64,000 bases of DNA from Candidatus Aminicenantes bacterium (lineage in GTDB: Bacteria > Acidobacteriota > Aminicenantia > Aminicenantales > Saccharicenantaceae): assembly GCA_963813235.1 (NCBI GenBank), contig CAWEYF010000021.1, forward strand, positions 1,587-65,586, read 5' to 3'. Made by a program: the position numbers and the translations under genes. The stretch's first letter is position 1. Every line of letters begins with the position of its first letter. Below are positions 1 through 9,800 of the stretch, piece by piece. Under the pieces are notes generated by a model that saw only the letters and a list, made by a program, of their open reading frames with translations, did not search any database and was not told the DNA's origin.

Positions 1-477
1 ACGGAAGCGTAATCCCCGGTCTGGGGCGACGGGACGACCACCCGCTCCTCGCCGGGAAAGACCGTGTCGCTCTTGCCGTTGAGGAAGTAGCCGACATGGA
101 TGGCCTTCTCGGACTCCGCGACCTTGATCACCCGAAACCCTGCGGCCGAAAGTGTCTCGACCAGGGTGTTCTTGAGGTGTTCCTCCGGCGGGAAGGCGAC
201 CTTCACGCCCAGGGACCGCGAGTATTCGATGAGAGTGACGAAGTTGAGATCGAGACGGCGGACGGGGAAATGCCGGAAGGCCGGGTCGATGAGGGCCTCC
301 GTCAGCTCGACCTCCCGCTCGCCCCGGATGTCGTAGAAGATGACGGAGTCGCCGGCGGCGATGCGGCCGACCGGGCGTCCCTCAGCGTCCACGCGGACGA
401 TGGGCTCGAGGGCCTCATCCTCCTGTCCGGCCGCGTAGGCCTGGCGGATGGCCTCGGAAAAGCTCGGTGATCGTCAT
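1..477 (-). CDS. gpmI: 2,3-bisphosphoglycerate-independent phosphoglycerate mutase-like protein, partial (runs off window), starting at an internal position of canonical iPGM
   Basis: Manual translation: MTITEL(fs)SEAIRQAYAAGQEDEALEPIV...GDSVIFYDIRGERE...VAFPPEEHLKNTLVETLS...VAESEKAIHVGYFLNG...FPGEERVVVPSP, matching the iPGM central region. RBS AAAAAGGA precedes ATG 477. One extra A at about 460 shifts the frame. Confidence 0.75.
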
Positions 478-2180
478 GTTCGGGTCCTTTTTCGAGCCTT
501 TAATATAGGAACCCCTCGGGGCTTTGTCAACCCTTCGACTCCCCGGCATGAATGCCGGGGCTTGTTCGGGGTTAACCCTGAGCCGCGCCGCGCGGCGAAC
601 GGGTCAATCGCGCCCCCCTGGACCTCCACCACCTCGAGCATGCGGTCGATGCGGAAGGTCCGGGCCTGCCGCCGCTTGAAGCAATAGGCCCGTACGCCTT
701 CGAAGCTCTTCCCGCGGTACTCCATCATTTCGATGGTTTCGGGCCGGATGCGGCGCTTGGTCTTGGTGTCGTCGGTTTTCAGATAGACGATGTCCAGCTC
801 ACCGTTCCGCCGGATGGCCTTCCGGATGAGCTCCTTCTTGTCCTCGTAGGAGAGCCTCTCCTCGGCCTTCCGGTACTGGTACCGCGTCAGGAAACGGATG
901 ACCCGGTAATCCAGCCGGATGTGCTGTCGGCCGACCCTGGTCCTGAGGACGAGACCATGGAAGTTCGTGCAGCGGCTGAGGGCGACATAGAGCTGTCCGT
1001 GGGCGAACGTGCCGCGGCCGATGTCGACGACGACTCGGTCGAAGGTCTTCCCCTGGCTCTTGTGGATCGTGACCGCCCAGGCGAGTTTCAGGGGGTACTG
1101 GGTGAAGGAGCCCGTCGGCTCCGTGAAGATCCGCTTCGCCTCCGTGTCGTACCGGTACCGGAAGAGCTCCCAGACCCAGGGCTCGACCTCGACCGTCGGA
1201 CCGTCCCGGAGCTCGACGAGGACGCGGTCGTGGGCCTCCGCTCTCCGGGAGAACCCGGCGATCCGGCCGATGGAGCCGTTGACCCACCGGCCCTTCCGGT
1301 CGTTGGCGACCAGCATGACCTGCGCCCCGGCCTTGAGCTCGAGGATCTCGTCGGTCGGGAGCGACGTCCGTTCGAACGTGCCCTCGAGCTCGCCGCGGCA
1401 CGTCCAGGTCTTCCCCGGCAGGCGGTCGAGCTTCTCGCGGTTCCTGCGGCCGGCCAGGTCGTTGGTGCTGGTCAGGGTGATGTAGAAATCCTTGTCGGGC
1501 GGCGTGAAGAAGGGATCGAGCTTCTCGTTGAGGAGGGCGACGTCCCCCGCCGTGGCCGACGCGTTCCGGAAGGCGTTGAGGAGTCGGACGAATTCCGCGT
1601 CGGTCTGGCGGTAGACCTTCTCGAGCTCGACAAGCTCCATGTCGAAGGTGGGCTCGTTGAAGATCTTCGAGGAAAAGAAGTAGGGCGTTTCGTAGCGGCC
1701 GGCGAAGATGTCCTTCTCCGCCGACGTCACCACCGGGGGGAGCTGATAGAGGTCGCCGATGAAGATCATCTGCGTCCCGCCGAACCAGGACCGGGGATGC
1801 CGCCCGTTGAGCCGCAGGAACTTCTCGACGCAATCCAGGAGGTCGGCCCGGACCATCGAGATCTCGTCGATGACGACGGCGTCGAGGTTCTTGTACAGCT
1901 CCGCCCCCTCGCCCCGGACCTTCTTGACCTTGTCGAGGGTGATGTCCGGCTTGAACCTGCAGAAGGAGTGGACCGTCTGGCCGTCCACGTTCAGGGCGGC
2001 GACTCCGGTCGGCGCCAGGACGGCGATCCGCTTGCCGGTGACGCTCCGGAAGTGTTCGAGGAGCGTCGATTTTCCCGTCCCGGCCTTCCCCGTGACGAAG
2101 ACGTGCCCGTTCGTGCCCTCCATGAGCTCCAGGGCCTTCCCGAACTCGTCGTTGATCTCGATCCGTTTCGGCCCGGGCAT
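474..2180 (-). CDS. Pif1-family SF1B DNA helicase with C-terminal WYL domain
   Basis: GKAGTGKS Walker A, APTGVAA, DEISMV, GDLYQLPPV, AWAVTIHKSQG and GQLYVALSR motifs. The C-terminal IVY..RRIRP..AYC..R..RTFRIDRM is WYL-like. The last ~40 aa read through the REP element and are probably not real. Confidence 0.9.
   Translation of the reverse strand: MPGPKRIEINDEFGKALELMEGTNGHVFVTGKAGTGKSTLLEHFRSVTGKRIAVLAPTGVAALNVDGQTVHSFCRFKPDITLDKVKKVRGEGAELYKNLDAVVIDEISMVRADLLDCVEKFLRLNGRHPRSWFGGTQMIFIGDLYQLPPVVTSAEKDIFAGRYETPYFFSSKIFNEPTFDMELVELEKVYRQTDAEFVRLLNAFRNASATAGDVALLNEKLDPFFTPPDKDFYITLTSTNDLAGRRNREKLDRLPGKTWTCRGELEGTFERTSLPTDEILELKAGAQVMLVANDRKGRWVNGSIGRIAGFSRRAEAHDRVLVELRDGPTVEVEPWVWELFRYRYDTEAKRIFTEPTGSFTQYPLKLAWAVTIHKSQGKTFDRVVVDIGRGTFAHGQLYVALSRCTNFHGLVLRTRVGRQHIRLDYRVIRFLTRYQYRKAEERLSYEDKKELIRKAIRRNGELDIVYLKTDDTKTKRRIRPETIEMMEYRGKSFEGVRAYCFKRRQARTFRIDRMLEVVEVQGGAIDPFAARRGSGLTPNKPRHSCRGVEGLTKPRGVPILKARKRTRT
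502..530 (-). promoter_or_regulatory. sigma70-like promoter for gpmI-like gene
   Basis: TTGACA-17 bp-TATATT on minus strand. Confidence 0.65.
530..605. repeat. REP-like multi-hairpin element
   Basis: Imperfect terminal inverted repeats ACCCTTCG/CGAACGGGT enclose hairpins CCCCGGCA-TGAA-TGCCGGGG and CGGGGTT-AACCCTG. Confidence 0.55.
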
Positions 2181-2232
2181 GGGCTTCAGTCTACACCAAC
2201 TCCTTGATGACGTGAACCCGGGGCCGGACGTC

Positions 2233-3640
2233 TCACTCCGGGCGAGGTCCGAGCTCGTTGAGGATGGCCTCGACGATCGGCCGGAAGTTTCGGCCGAAGC
2301 GGTGTCCGCTCTTGACGGGGATGGACCGGACGCCCCGCGAGGCCAGCGTCCCGCAGAGGTTGGTCTTATCCTCTTCCCCGTAGAAACACAGGACCCGAAG
2401 GGCCGGAATCCTCTCCATTTCGGGCAGGGTGGGCAGGTTGTCGCTGAAGTCCGTCCGGCCGAGAAGACTCGAGAGCCGGATCTCGAAATTGGCCGCCGCG
2501 CTCGGCCCCATGAGGACCAGGAGCCGCACCCGGGCCCGGGTCTCTACGGTGAGCCTGTTGTACATGAACGGCAGGGCGTCCGCCCCGAAGGAATAGCCGA
2601 TGACGACGGCCTCGTCCTTGTCCCAGGCCCGGAGGTAATGCTTCAGGATCCGCTCGAGGTCCGAGGCGGCGGACTCGGGCGTCCTTCGCGTCCAGAAATA
2701 TTTCAGCGAGCTCAGGCCGACCACGGGGACGCCGTCCGCAGCCAGGCCTTTGGCGATCCCGGCGTCGGTGACCCCCCAGCCGCCGTCGCCCGTGATATGG
2801 ACCGCGAGGATCCGTTTGGTCGAGCCCGGGGATAGGACCTCGATGAGCGGAAGGTCGCCGAGGTCCGGGTCGAGGGGCGCCGGCTCCGGCCCCCGCTTCG
2901 CCGCGATCCGGTCGAAGGCGTCCTTGAACTGGGGCATCCAGTTCTTCGGCACGGCAAATCCGTGACCGACCTTGGGCAGGTCGACGAGCTCGCCGTTCGG
3001 GACCTGCCGGACGAATTCGGCCGTGGCGGAAGGGTCGCAGACCTTGTCCGCTGCGCCCTGGAGGACGATCCACGGGACTTCGAGGGTCCCGGTCGGGCGG
3101 AACACGTAGGCGTGCGGCTTCCCCCCATCCTTCCATTCAAGCCCGTCCCCCCGGCAGAAGGGCTTCGGCGAAGCAAGATCGGGACAGAAACCGAGGCTGA
3201 TCCCGCCCCGAAACGTGTTCGGCGGGGCCTGGACGAGCGTCGCATAAACGAAGGTTGCGCCCGAGGAATAGCCCATGACGACCGGCGCGTAGTAGTCCAG
3301 GAATCGGTACTTCTTCTGGACGAACTTGCTCAGCTCCTCGAGGTCCCCCGCAGGATAGGCGCACTTCTCGGTCGAGGTTGCCAAACTCTTCATGTAGGCC
3401 CGGATATCGACACCGACGACGAGGGCGTCCAGGGACGCGACGGACCTGGCCATGTCCACGACGCCCTTGTTCCATCCGCCGTCCCCCGAGACGAAGAGAA
3501 CAACGCGGGAGACCTTTAACGACCGGAAGTATGCCGTGACGGCGCCGAAGCGGCCGAAGGAGAAGGTCTCCTCGGCCGCCGTCAGGGGCGCCGTCCAAGA
3601 GGACCGTGGCCATGAGGAAGGCCAATATCGCGCGTCTCAC
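2233..3640 (-). CDS. acvB: AcvB/VirJ-family aminoacyl-phosphatidylglycerol hydrolase (one frameshift near the N-terminus)
   Basis: Two alpha/beta hydrolase halves with SGDGGW/TGDGGW, GYSSGA and GYSFGAD. The signal peptide starts at GTG 3640, overlapping the mgtA stop. Confidence 0.85.
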
Positions 3641-6168
3641 GATCGTCCCTTCCGGTCCTTGTAGAACATGGCCTTGACCAGTTCGGCCGCACCGACGTAC
3701 AGGGCCAGGATGCCGCCCAGCGCCGCGAAGAAGACGGGTCTCAGCGGCGCGAACCCGAAGAGCCCGGCGAACGGCAGGAACGGGACGGCCAGGGTGACGG
3801 CGACGACCAGCGTGGTCGCGACGAGGAGCCCCCGCCCGGGCCGGCTCCGGAAGAACGGCCGCCGCGTCCTGACGACGAGGACGACCGCCGTCGCCGAGAC
3901 GACCGACTCGAGGAACCAACCCGTCCGGAACTCCGCCGGCGTGGCCCGGAGGAAGAGGAGCAGGACCCCGAACGTCAGGAAATCGAAGACCGAGCTCAGG
4001 GGACCGAAGACCAGCATGAACCGCCGGATGAGCCGGAAGTCCCACCGCCGGGGCCGCCCGATGAGCTCCTCGTCCACGCTGTCGCCGGCGATCGACGTCT
4101 CGGGGAAGTCGGTCAGAAGGTTGGTCAGGAGGATCTGCTTCGGCAGGAGAGGGAGGAAAGGCAGGAAAAGAGATGCCCCGGCCATGCTGAACATGTTGCC
4201 GAAATTGGCGCTCGTGGCCATGAAGACGTACTTCATCGTGTTGGCGAAGGTCCGCCGCCCGTTCCGGACGCCGTCGACGAGCACGCCGAGGTCCTTCTCG
4301 AGGAGGATGATGTCGGCGGCCTCCTTGGCCACGTCCACGGCCCCCTCGACGGAGATACCGACGTCGGCCGCGTGGAGGGCGGTCGCGTCGTTGATGCCGT
4401 CGCCGAGAAAGCCGACCACGTTCCCGCCGCTCCGCAGGGCCAGGATGATGCGCTCCTTCTGATTGGGCTCGACCTCGGCGAAGACGTCGGCCCGGCCGGC
4501 TTGGAGGACCAGGGCCTCGTCGCTCATACGGGATAGCTCGGGCCCGCTGACGATCCGGGGGGTGGGCAGGCCGACCCTATGGGCGGCCTCGGCCGCGACC
4601 AGGGCGTTGTCGCCGGTGATGATTTTCAGAGAAATGCCCAGGGAGTCGAGCGCCGCGACGGTCTCGGCGATCCCGTCCTTGACGGGATCGTCAAGGACGA
4701 GGAATCCGAGAAAGACCATCCCGGTCTCGTCGTCCTTTCCGATCCGCGTGCCGCTCCCCATATCTCGCCAGGCGACGCCCAAGGTCCGGAATCCCCTGGC
4801 CCCGTATTCCTTGAGCCGCGCGAGGATGCCGTCCCTGACGCCGGCGATGTCCACCGGAACCCCCTCCGCCGTCTCCGCGGTGGCGCAGACCGTGACCACG
4901 TTCGGAAGGGCGCCCTTCGTGATCATCACGTTCCGGCCGCCGGCGGCGACGAGAACGCTGAGCCTCTTCCGGACGAAATCGTACGGGACCTCGTCGAGCT
5001 TCTGCCAGCCGTTCAGGTCGAAGGTGCGATGACGGCGGACGGCCTCGTCCACGGGATTCCGAAATCCCGACTCGAACATGGCGTTGAGGTAAGCGTGGAA
5101 GAGGACGCGCTCATTCTCCGTACCGTCGAGGCCCCTGGCCGACTGGACATGAACGACCCCCTCGGTCAACGTTCCCGTCTTATCCGAGCACAGGACGTTC
5201 ATGCTCCCGAAGTTCTCGATGGAGTTGAGTTTCTTGACGATGACCTTCTCCCGGGCCATGAGCCGGGCGCCGTGGGCCAAGTTGATGCTAATGATGACCG
5301 GGAGAAGCTGAGGCGTCAGGCCGACGGCCAGGGCAAGGGCGAACAGGAACGAATCGAGGACTGGGCGGGCGAAGAAGACGTTGATAGCGAAGATGGCCGT
5401 GAGGAGGATGAGGGTGACCTCCATCAGGTAAAAGCCGAAGCGCCTGACCCCGCGCTCGAAGTCCGTCTCCGGCGGTTTCATGGCGAGACGGTCGGAGATC
5501 CTCCCGAATTCGGTCGTCCGGCCGGTCCGGACGAAGAGGGCTTTGGCCGTGCCGCTGACGACATGGGTCCCCATAAACAGGGTGTTGGTCAAGCGGGCCA
5601 GCGGGGTTCCCTCCGGGAGAACGCCGGTCGATTTTTCCGCCGGGAACGTCTCTCCGGTCAAGGCCGCCTCGTCGACGAACAGGTCCCGGGATTCGAGGAT
5701 GAAACCGTCGCCGGGAACGATGTCCCCCGCCTGGAAAACGCCGACGTCGCCGGGGACGACGTCCTCCGTCGGGACGTCGGCGAACGCGCCATCCCGGAGG
5801 ACGGACGCCTTCACCCGGACCTTGTCCTGCAGTTTCTCGACCGTGTCGAAGGCCCCCTTCTCCTGCTTGAATCCCAGGAGACCGCTGAAGAGGACGATGA
5901 GGAGGATGATGACCGCGTCGGTCGTGTCCCCGAGGAAAAAGGACAGACCGACGGCCGCTAGCAGGATGAGGATGATCGGGCTCTTGAACTGGGAGAGGAA
6001 GAGCTTCCGGACGGCCGCCCGCCTTTTCGACCTGAGACGGTTCGGGTCAAGGTGCTCCCGCCTCCGCTCGGCCTCTGCCGCGGAAAGGCCGGCGGCCGAT
6101 GATCCAAGCTCGGCGAACAGGGCAGACGCCGGTCGGCTCCAGAACTCCTTCGGGGCACCTTTATTCAT
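3637..6168 (-). CDS. mgtA: Mg2+-transporting P-type ATPase
   Basis: TGE, AVGLTPQLLP, DKTGTLT, TGDN, GDGIND, SANFGNMFS and LPKQILLTNLL (P3B/MgtA type). The start at ATG 6168 overlaps the upstream stop. Confidence 0.9.
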   Translation of the reverse strand: MNKGAPKEFWSRPASALFAELGSSAAGLSAAEAERRREHLDPNRLRSKRRAAVRKLFLSQFKSPIILILLAAVGLSFFLGDTTDAVIILLIVLFSGLLGFKQEKGAFDTVEKLQDKVRVKASVLRDGAFADVPTEDVVPGDVGVFQAGDIVPGDGFILESRDLFVDEAALTGETFPAEKSTGVLPEGTPLARLTNTLFMGTHVVSGTAKALFVRTGRTTEFGRISDRLAMKPPETDFERGVRRFGFYLMEVTLILLTAIFAINVFFARPVLDSFLFALALAVGLTPQLLPVIISINLAHGARLMAREKVIVKKLNSIENFGSMNVLCSDKTGTLTEGVVHVQSARGLDGTENERVLFHAYLNAMFESGFRNPVDEAVRRHRTFDLNGWQKLDEVPYDFVRKRLSVLVAAGGRNVMITKGALPNVVTVCATAETAEGVPVDIAGVRDGILARLKEYGARGFRTLGVAWRDMGSGTRIGKDDETGMVFLGFLVLDDPVKDGIAETVAALDSLGISLKIITGDNALVAAEAAHRVGLPTPRIVSGPELSRMSDEALVLQAGRADVFAEVEPNQKERIILALRSGGNVVGFLGDGINDATALHAADVGISVEGAVDVAKEAADIILLEKDLGVLVDGVRNGRRTFANTMKYVFMATSANFGNMFSMAGASLFLPFLPLLPKQILLTNLLTDFPETSIAGDSVDEELIGRPRRWDFRLIRRFMLVFGPLSSVFDFLTFGVLLLFLRATPAEFRTGWFLESVVSATAVVLVVRTRRPFFRSRPGRGLLVATTLVVAVTLAVPFLPFAGLFGFAPLRPVFFAALGGILALYVGAAELVKAMFYKDRKGRS

Positions 6169-7190
6169 GCCCGGACCGCCAGTCCCCTCAGGTCCTTCCG
6201 GAGGGAGGACAGGGTCGTTCCGCTCCGCCCCAGGGCGAGCGAGCCGAGAAGGAGGAGAGGAAGGGTGAGAAGGATGAAGACGACCACGGAAAAACCCGTG
6301 GCCAGGGTCTTGTCCACGCCGAACAGGGTCAGCCCCAGGACGCAGAAGAACTGATACGAGCCGACGTTGGCGGGCGCGTTGGGCAGGGCCGTGCCGAAGT
6401 GGATGATGAGGAACACGGCGGCCCCGACCCAGAACGACAGTCCGATCCCGTAGCCGACCAGAATGAGCCAGAAGGAGAGGGCCTGGAAGACGAACAGGCC
6501 GAGGGAGATGCCGAAGGCCATAAAAGTATGACGGGTCAGGCCGATCTCCCGGAACCCTTCGCCGAGCCCGCGCAAGGCCGAACGGGCCTTTGCTGGCCAG
6601 CCGTGGCTTCGCGGGCCTCCCTCCGGAGGCGCCGGCGGCGTCTTCGGCGTCCGGAAAACGAAAAGGACAAAGGCGGCGGTCAGGGCCAGGACCGCGACGC
6701 CGAGGACATCCGCCGACCGCACAAGGTTCGCGGGCAAGGGGACGAACATGGCCGTAACGCCGATGCCCGCCGCCAGCCAGATCCCCTCGAAGAGACGCTC
6801 GAGGGCCATCGAGGGGATGACCCGGACGAATGGGGCCGGGATCCAGCGGGAGACGAGGAAGGCGCGGGCCGGTTCGCCGACGCGCATCGGCAGGAGCTCG
6901 TTGATGAAGAGGCCGGCATAGGTCGCCTGGGTCGCACGCAGGATCGAGACGCGGCCGAGCGGCCTGAGCAGGAGATGCCAGCGCACTCCTTGACAGACAT
7001 AGCTCAGGACGTCGCAGACGATACCGAGAGCTACGAGGCCCCAACGGATCCGGGAGATGTCTGCGAAAAGACGGTCGGGATGGATGTCGTGGAAGACCCA
7101 GACAAGACAGGCCGCGGCCACGATGTAGCCGAGGACCGGCTTCAGGATGTCGCGAAGCCCCCTATTCATCATCCTCGAAGCTCCCTTCAT
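6165..7190 (-). CDS. Lysylphosphatidylglycerol synthase TM / flippase-like protein (UPF0104)
   Basis: Multi-TM protein with RW..LL, N.LLPMRVGE, ERLFE and P.APANVGSY motifs. Confidence 0.8.
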   Translation of the reverse strand: MKGASRMMNRGLRDILKPVLGYIVAAACLVWVFHDIHPDRLFADISRIRWGLVALGIVCDVLSYVCQGVRWHLLLRPLGRVSILRATQATYAGLFINELLPMRVGEPARAFLVSRWIPAPFVRVIPSMALERLFEGIWLAAGIGVTAMFVPLPANLVRSADVLGVAVLALTAAFVLFVFRTPKTPPAPPEGGPRSHGWPAKARSALRGLGEGFREIGLTRHTFMAFGISLGLFVFQALSFWLILVGYGIGLSFWVGAAVFLIIHFGTALPNAPANVGSYQFFCVLGLTLFGVDKTLATGFSVVVFILLTLPLLLLGSLALGRSGTTLSSLRKDLRGLAVRA

Positions 7191-8852
7191 TTCCCTTGAC
7201 CGCCGAAACTCGGCCCAGCGCTACTGCCAGTCGGGGCAGGTCCAGGACGTTCCTATAGACGACGTAGCGGGGCTCCCAGGAGGAGGCGAACTTCTTCTTG
7301 TAATTGAAGAGCCCCTCGTAGCTGAACAGAAAGTCCAGCCGCCGGAGGAAGGAATGGACGGCTCTTTCCTCGGCCGAGGATTCTTCATTTTCCCTGAAGC
7401 CCGACATCGGGGCCATCCCCAGGTTGAAGCGCGTAAAGCCCATTTGCTTCTGGCGGGCGAAGAGCTCCACGAACAGATAGTCCATGATTCCCGTGTGGGG
7501 CGTCCGCCCGGTGCCGCATGAGGTCGATCGTGGTCTCCCCCGGCCGGAAGGAGGGGATGATGTTGGCGAAAGCGTGGATCTTCCCGTCGCCGTCCCCGAC
7601 GGTGAAGAGGGGCGACTTCCGGATGTAGCCGGCTCGGAACACGCCCTGGGTGAATCCCCGCTCCTTTCGGCCCGGGATGCCCAGCCATTCGTCCGAAACC
7701 TCGCGGACGGCAGCCAGGACATCGTCGGAGGCCGGAGGCTCCCTCACCTCGGCCCGGAAGCCGAGCTTGTCGAACATGGTTCGTGTAATGGCGAAGGTGC
7801 TTGTTTGACTTCCCGTCCAGGGAGAATGCGGAGAGGTCCACGATCCCTTCGTCCCCGATCTTCAGCCGCCGGAAACCCAGCTCCCGGTAGACGGGCAGGA
7901 AGTCCGGGAGGGTCTGATGAAAGGCAAGCCTCCAGTCGTGCTCCCGGCAGTATTCGGCGAATCCCGCGACAATCCCGCTGATCTCGTCCTCCGGGCCCAC
8001 GGGATCGGCCAGGACCAGGGCGAAGTTCCTTCCCACCTTGTAGGCCAGGAAGCTCTGTCCGGAGGGCGAGAAGAAAAAGGACTTGTCAGGCCAGAGCTTG
8101 AAGGATTCCATCGAGGACCGTCCGTGACGTTCGACGATCTCCCCCGCCTCGGTCCTCTCCTTCGGCAGGGTCCGGAACCGGTAGATGACCGGCCGGAAGA
8201 GGGCATAAAGGGCGTAGAGGAGGCCGGTGACGGAGATGAGATAGAGTGAATCGAGGAACCAGCGGGCATAGCGGGTGTGGGGGACGAGCTGGGAATCGCC
8301 CGTCCAAGAGAGGAAGGCCAGCGTCTCGCGGATGCTGTCGAGCGTATTGAAATCAATGCCGAAGTGCCGCTTGTCGAGGAGCCAGAACCCCAAGATCCCG
8401 TATCCGAGGACGACCGCCGCGGCCGCCAGGAAGCCCAGGACGCCCGACCGCATGTCGGGGACACTGCTCCGGACCTTGAACTCCCTTCGGGAGACGAAGA
8501 GCGCGGCGAAAAGGGCCGCCGACAAGATCGCTTCCTCGTAGTCAAGCCCCTTGGTCAGGTGGAAGACGACGGATAGGGCCGCAAGCCCGAGGGACAGCTG
8601 GAAGGCCCGGATCTTCTTCTTGAAGATGTTGATGGACAATACGACCAGGGCGAATCCGATGAGCAAGGTCAGGAACCTGGAGATGTGGAGGAATTCGAGC
8701 GGGAAGAACGACTCGAGCAGGATTCTCCGTTCGTGAAGAGAGGGGTTGATCACCGAAAGGACGTTGACGACGCCGCTCCCCAGGGTGATCAGGGAGGTCG
8801 CCCAGAGGAGAACGTCCCGCTTTTTCAACTTTCCCGGACTCTCTTTTTTCAT
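7162..8852 (-). CDS. mprF: MprF-like aminoacyl-phosphatidylglycerol synthase (DUF2156), split by two frameshifts
   Basis: HLTKGLDYEEA, DKSFFF, ADPVG, KIGDEG, IDLMRH, FNLGMAPMSG and GLFNYKKKF..WEPRY, spread across ORFs 7221-8852, 7385-7777 and 7162-7722. Confidence 0.85.
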
Positions 8853-8906
8853 GCTAACAGAATCGGAAATGCGTGTCCATGCGGCGAGGGCGGGGGTCGA
8901 AGCGGC

Positions 8907-9800
8907 CTACTCGAGGCCGAGGCCCAGCAGAGAGAACGGATCGACCCGCGCGTCATAGATCCTCGCGGCCCAATGGAGGTGCGGGCCGGTGGAACGGCCG
9001 GTCGAGCCGGCCTTTCCGAGGACATCGCCTTTTGCGACGTCCGCCCCCCTCCTCACCAAGAGCTTCGACATGTGCCCGTAGGAAGTGAAGACACCGAGAC
9101 CGTGGTCGATGATAACGGTTCTGCCGGAGAGATAAAGGTCGCTGGCCAGGACGACCTTGCCGGCGTTCGCGGCCCGGATGGGAGCCCCCAGCGGCGCGGC
9201 GATGTCCACCCCCCCGTGGGTCGAACGCGGCTTGTTGTTGTAGATCCGTCGCTGGCCGAAGTTGGGAAAGGCCTTGCCCTCATGCGGCAGGAAAAAATCC
9301 CCACGGCCCAGCCATCGGGGCGTTATCCGGGAGTAAACGGCCGTGACGATCTCCGCTTCCCTGGCGATCCGCTCCTCGACGGCCTTGGGGGGAACGGCAA
9401 AATCCTCCTTGACCCAAAGCTTCTTGCTGGGGAACTCCTTGGCCTCGACCAGGATCTCCCTGCCGAGGACCTCCCGGACGACGCCCGACCTCTCGACCGT
9501 GACCGACAAAGGATAGCTTCCCGGAGGAGTTCCCAGGTCGAGTCCGATGAAGACGAGCGCCTTGCCCGCGGTGTCGGAATTCTCGAGATCGTAATCCCTG
9601 CCCCGGAAATGGAAGACCGCTCGACGGACTTCCTTCCCGTTCTCGAGGGTGGCGACGATGGCTTCGCCGGGCCCGAGGGACCTGTATCTCAGCCCGATGA
9701 CCGGGCCCTGGGGCGGGGCCTGCCGCGCCGAGGAAAGCACCCCTCCCGCCACGGCAAAGAGGGCGAGGGCGATGACGGCCCCGGATCTTCCGGCCTTCAC
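8907..9800 (-). CDS. M23 family metallopeptidase, exported
   Basis: HGGVDI, IDHGLG..YGHMS and STGPHLHW motifs. GTG 9800 start with signal peptide. Confidence 0.88.
   Translation of the reverse strand: MKAGRSGAVIALALFAVAGGVLSSARQAPPQGPVIGLRYRSLGPGEAIVATLENGKEVRRAVFHFRGRDYDLENSDTAGKALVFIGLDLGTPPGSYPLSVTVERSGVVREVLGREILVEAKEFPSKKLWVKEDFAVPPKAVEERIAREAEIVTAVYSRITPRWLGRGDFFLPHEGKAFPNFGQRRIYNNKPRSTHGGVDIAAPLGAPIRAANAGKVVLASDLYLSGRTVIIDHGLGVFTSYGHMSKLLVRRGADVAKGDVLGKAGSTGRSTGPHLHWAARIYDARVDPFSLLGLGLE

Noticed and set aside
3637-7044. 1135-aa ATPase with long N-terminal extension
   Set aside because: The extension is an alternative frame of the flippase gene. The real start is ATG 6168.
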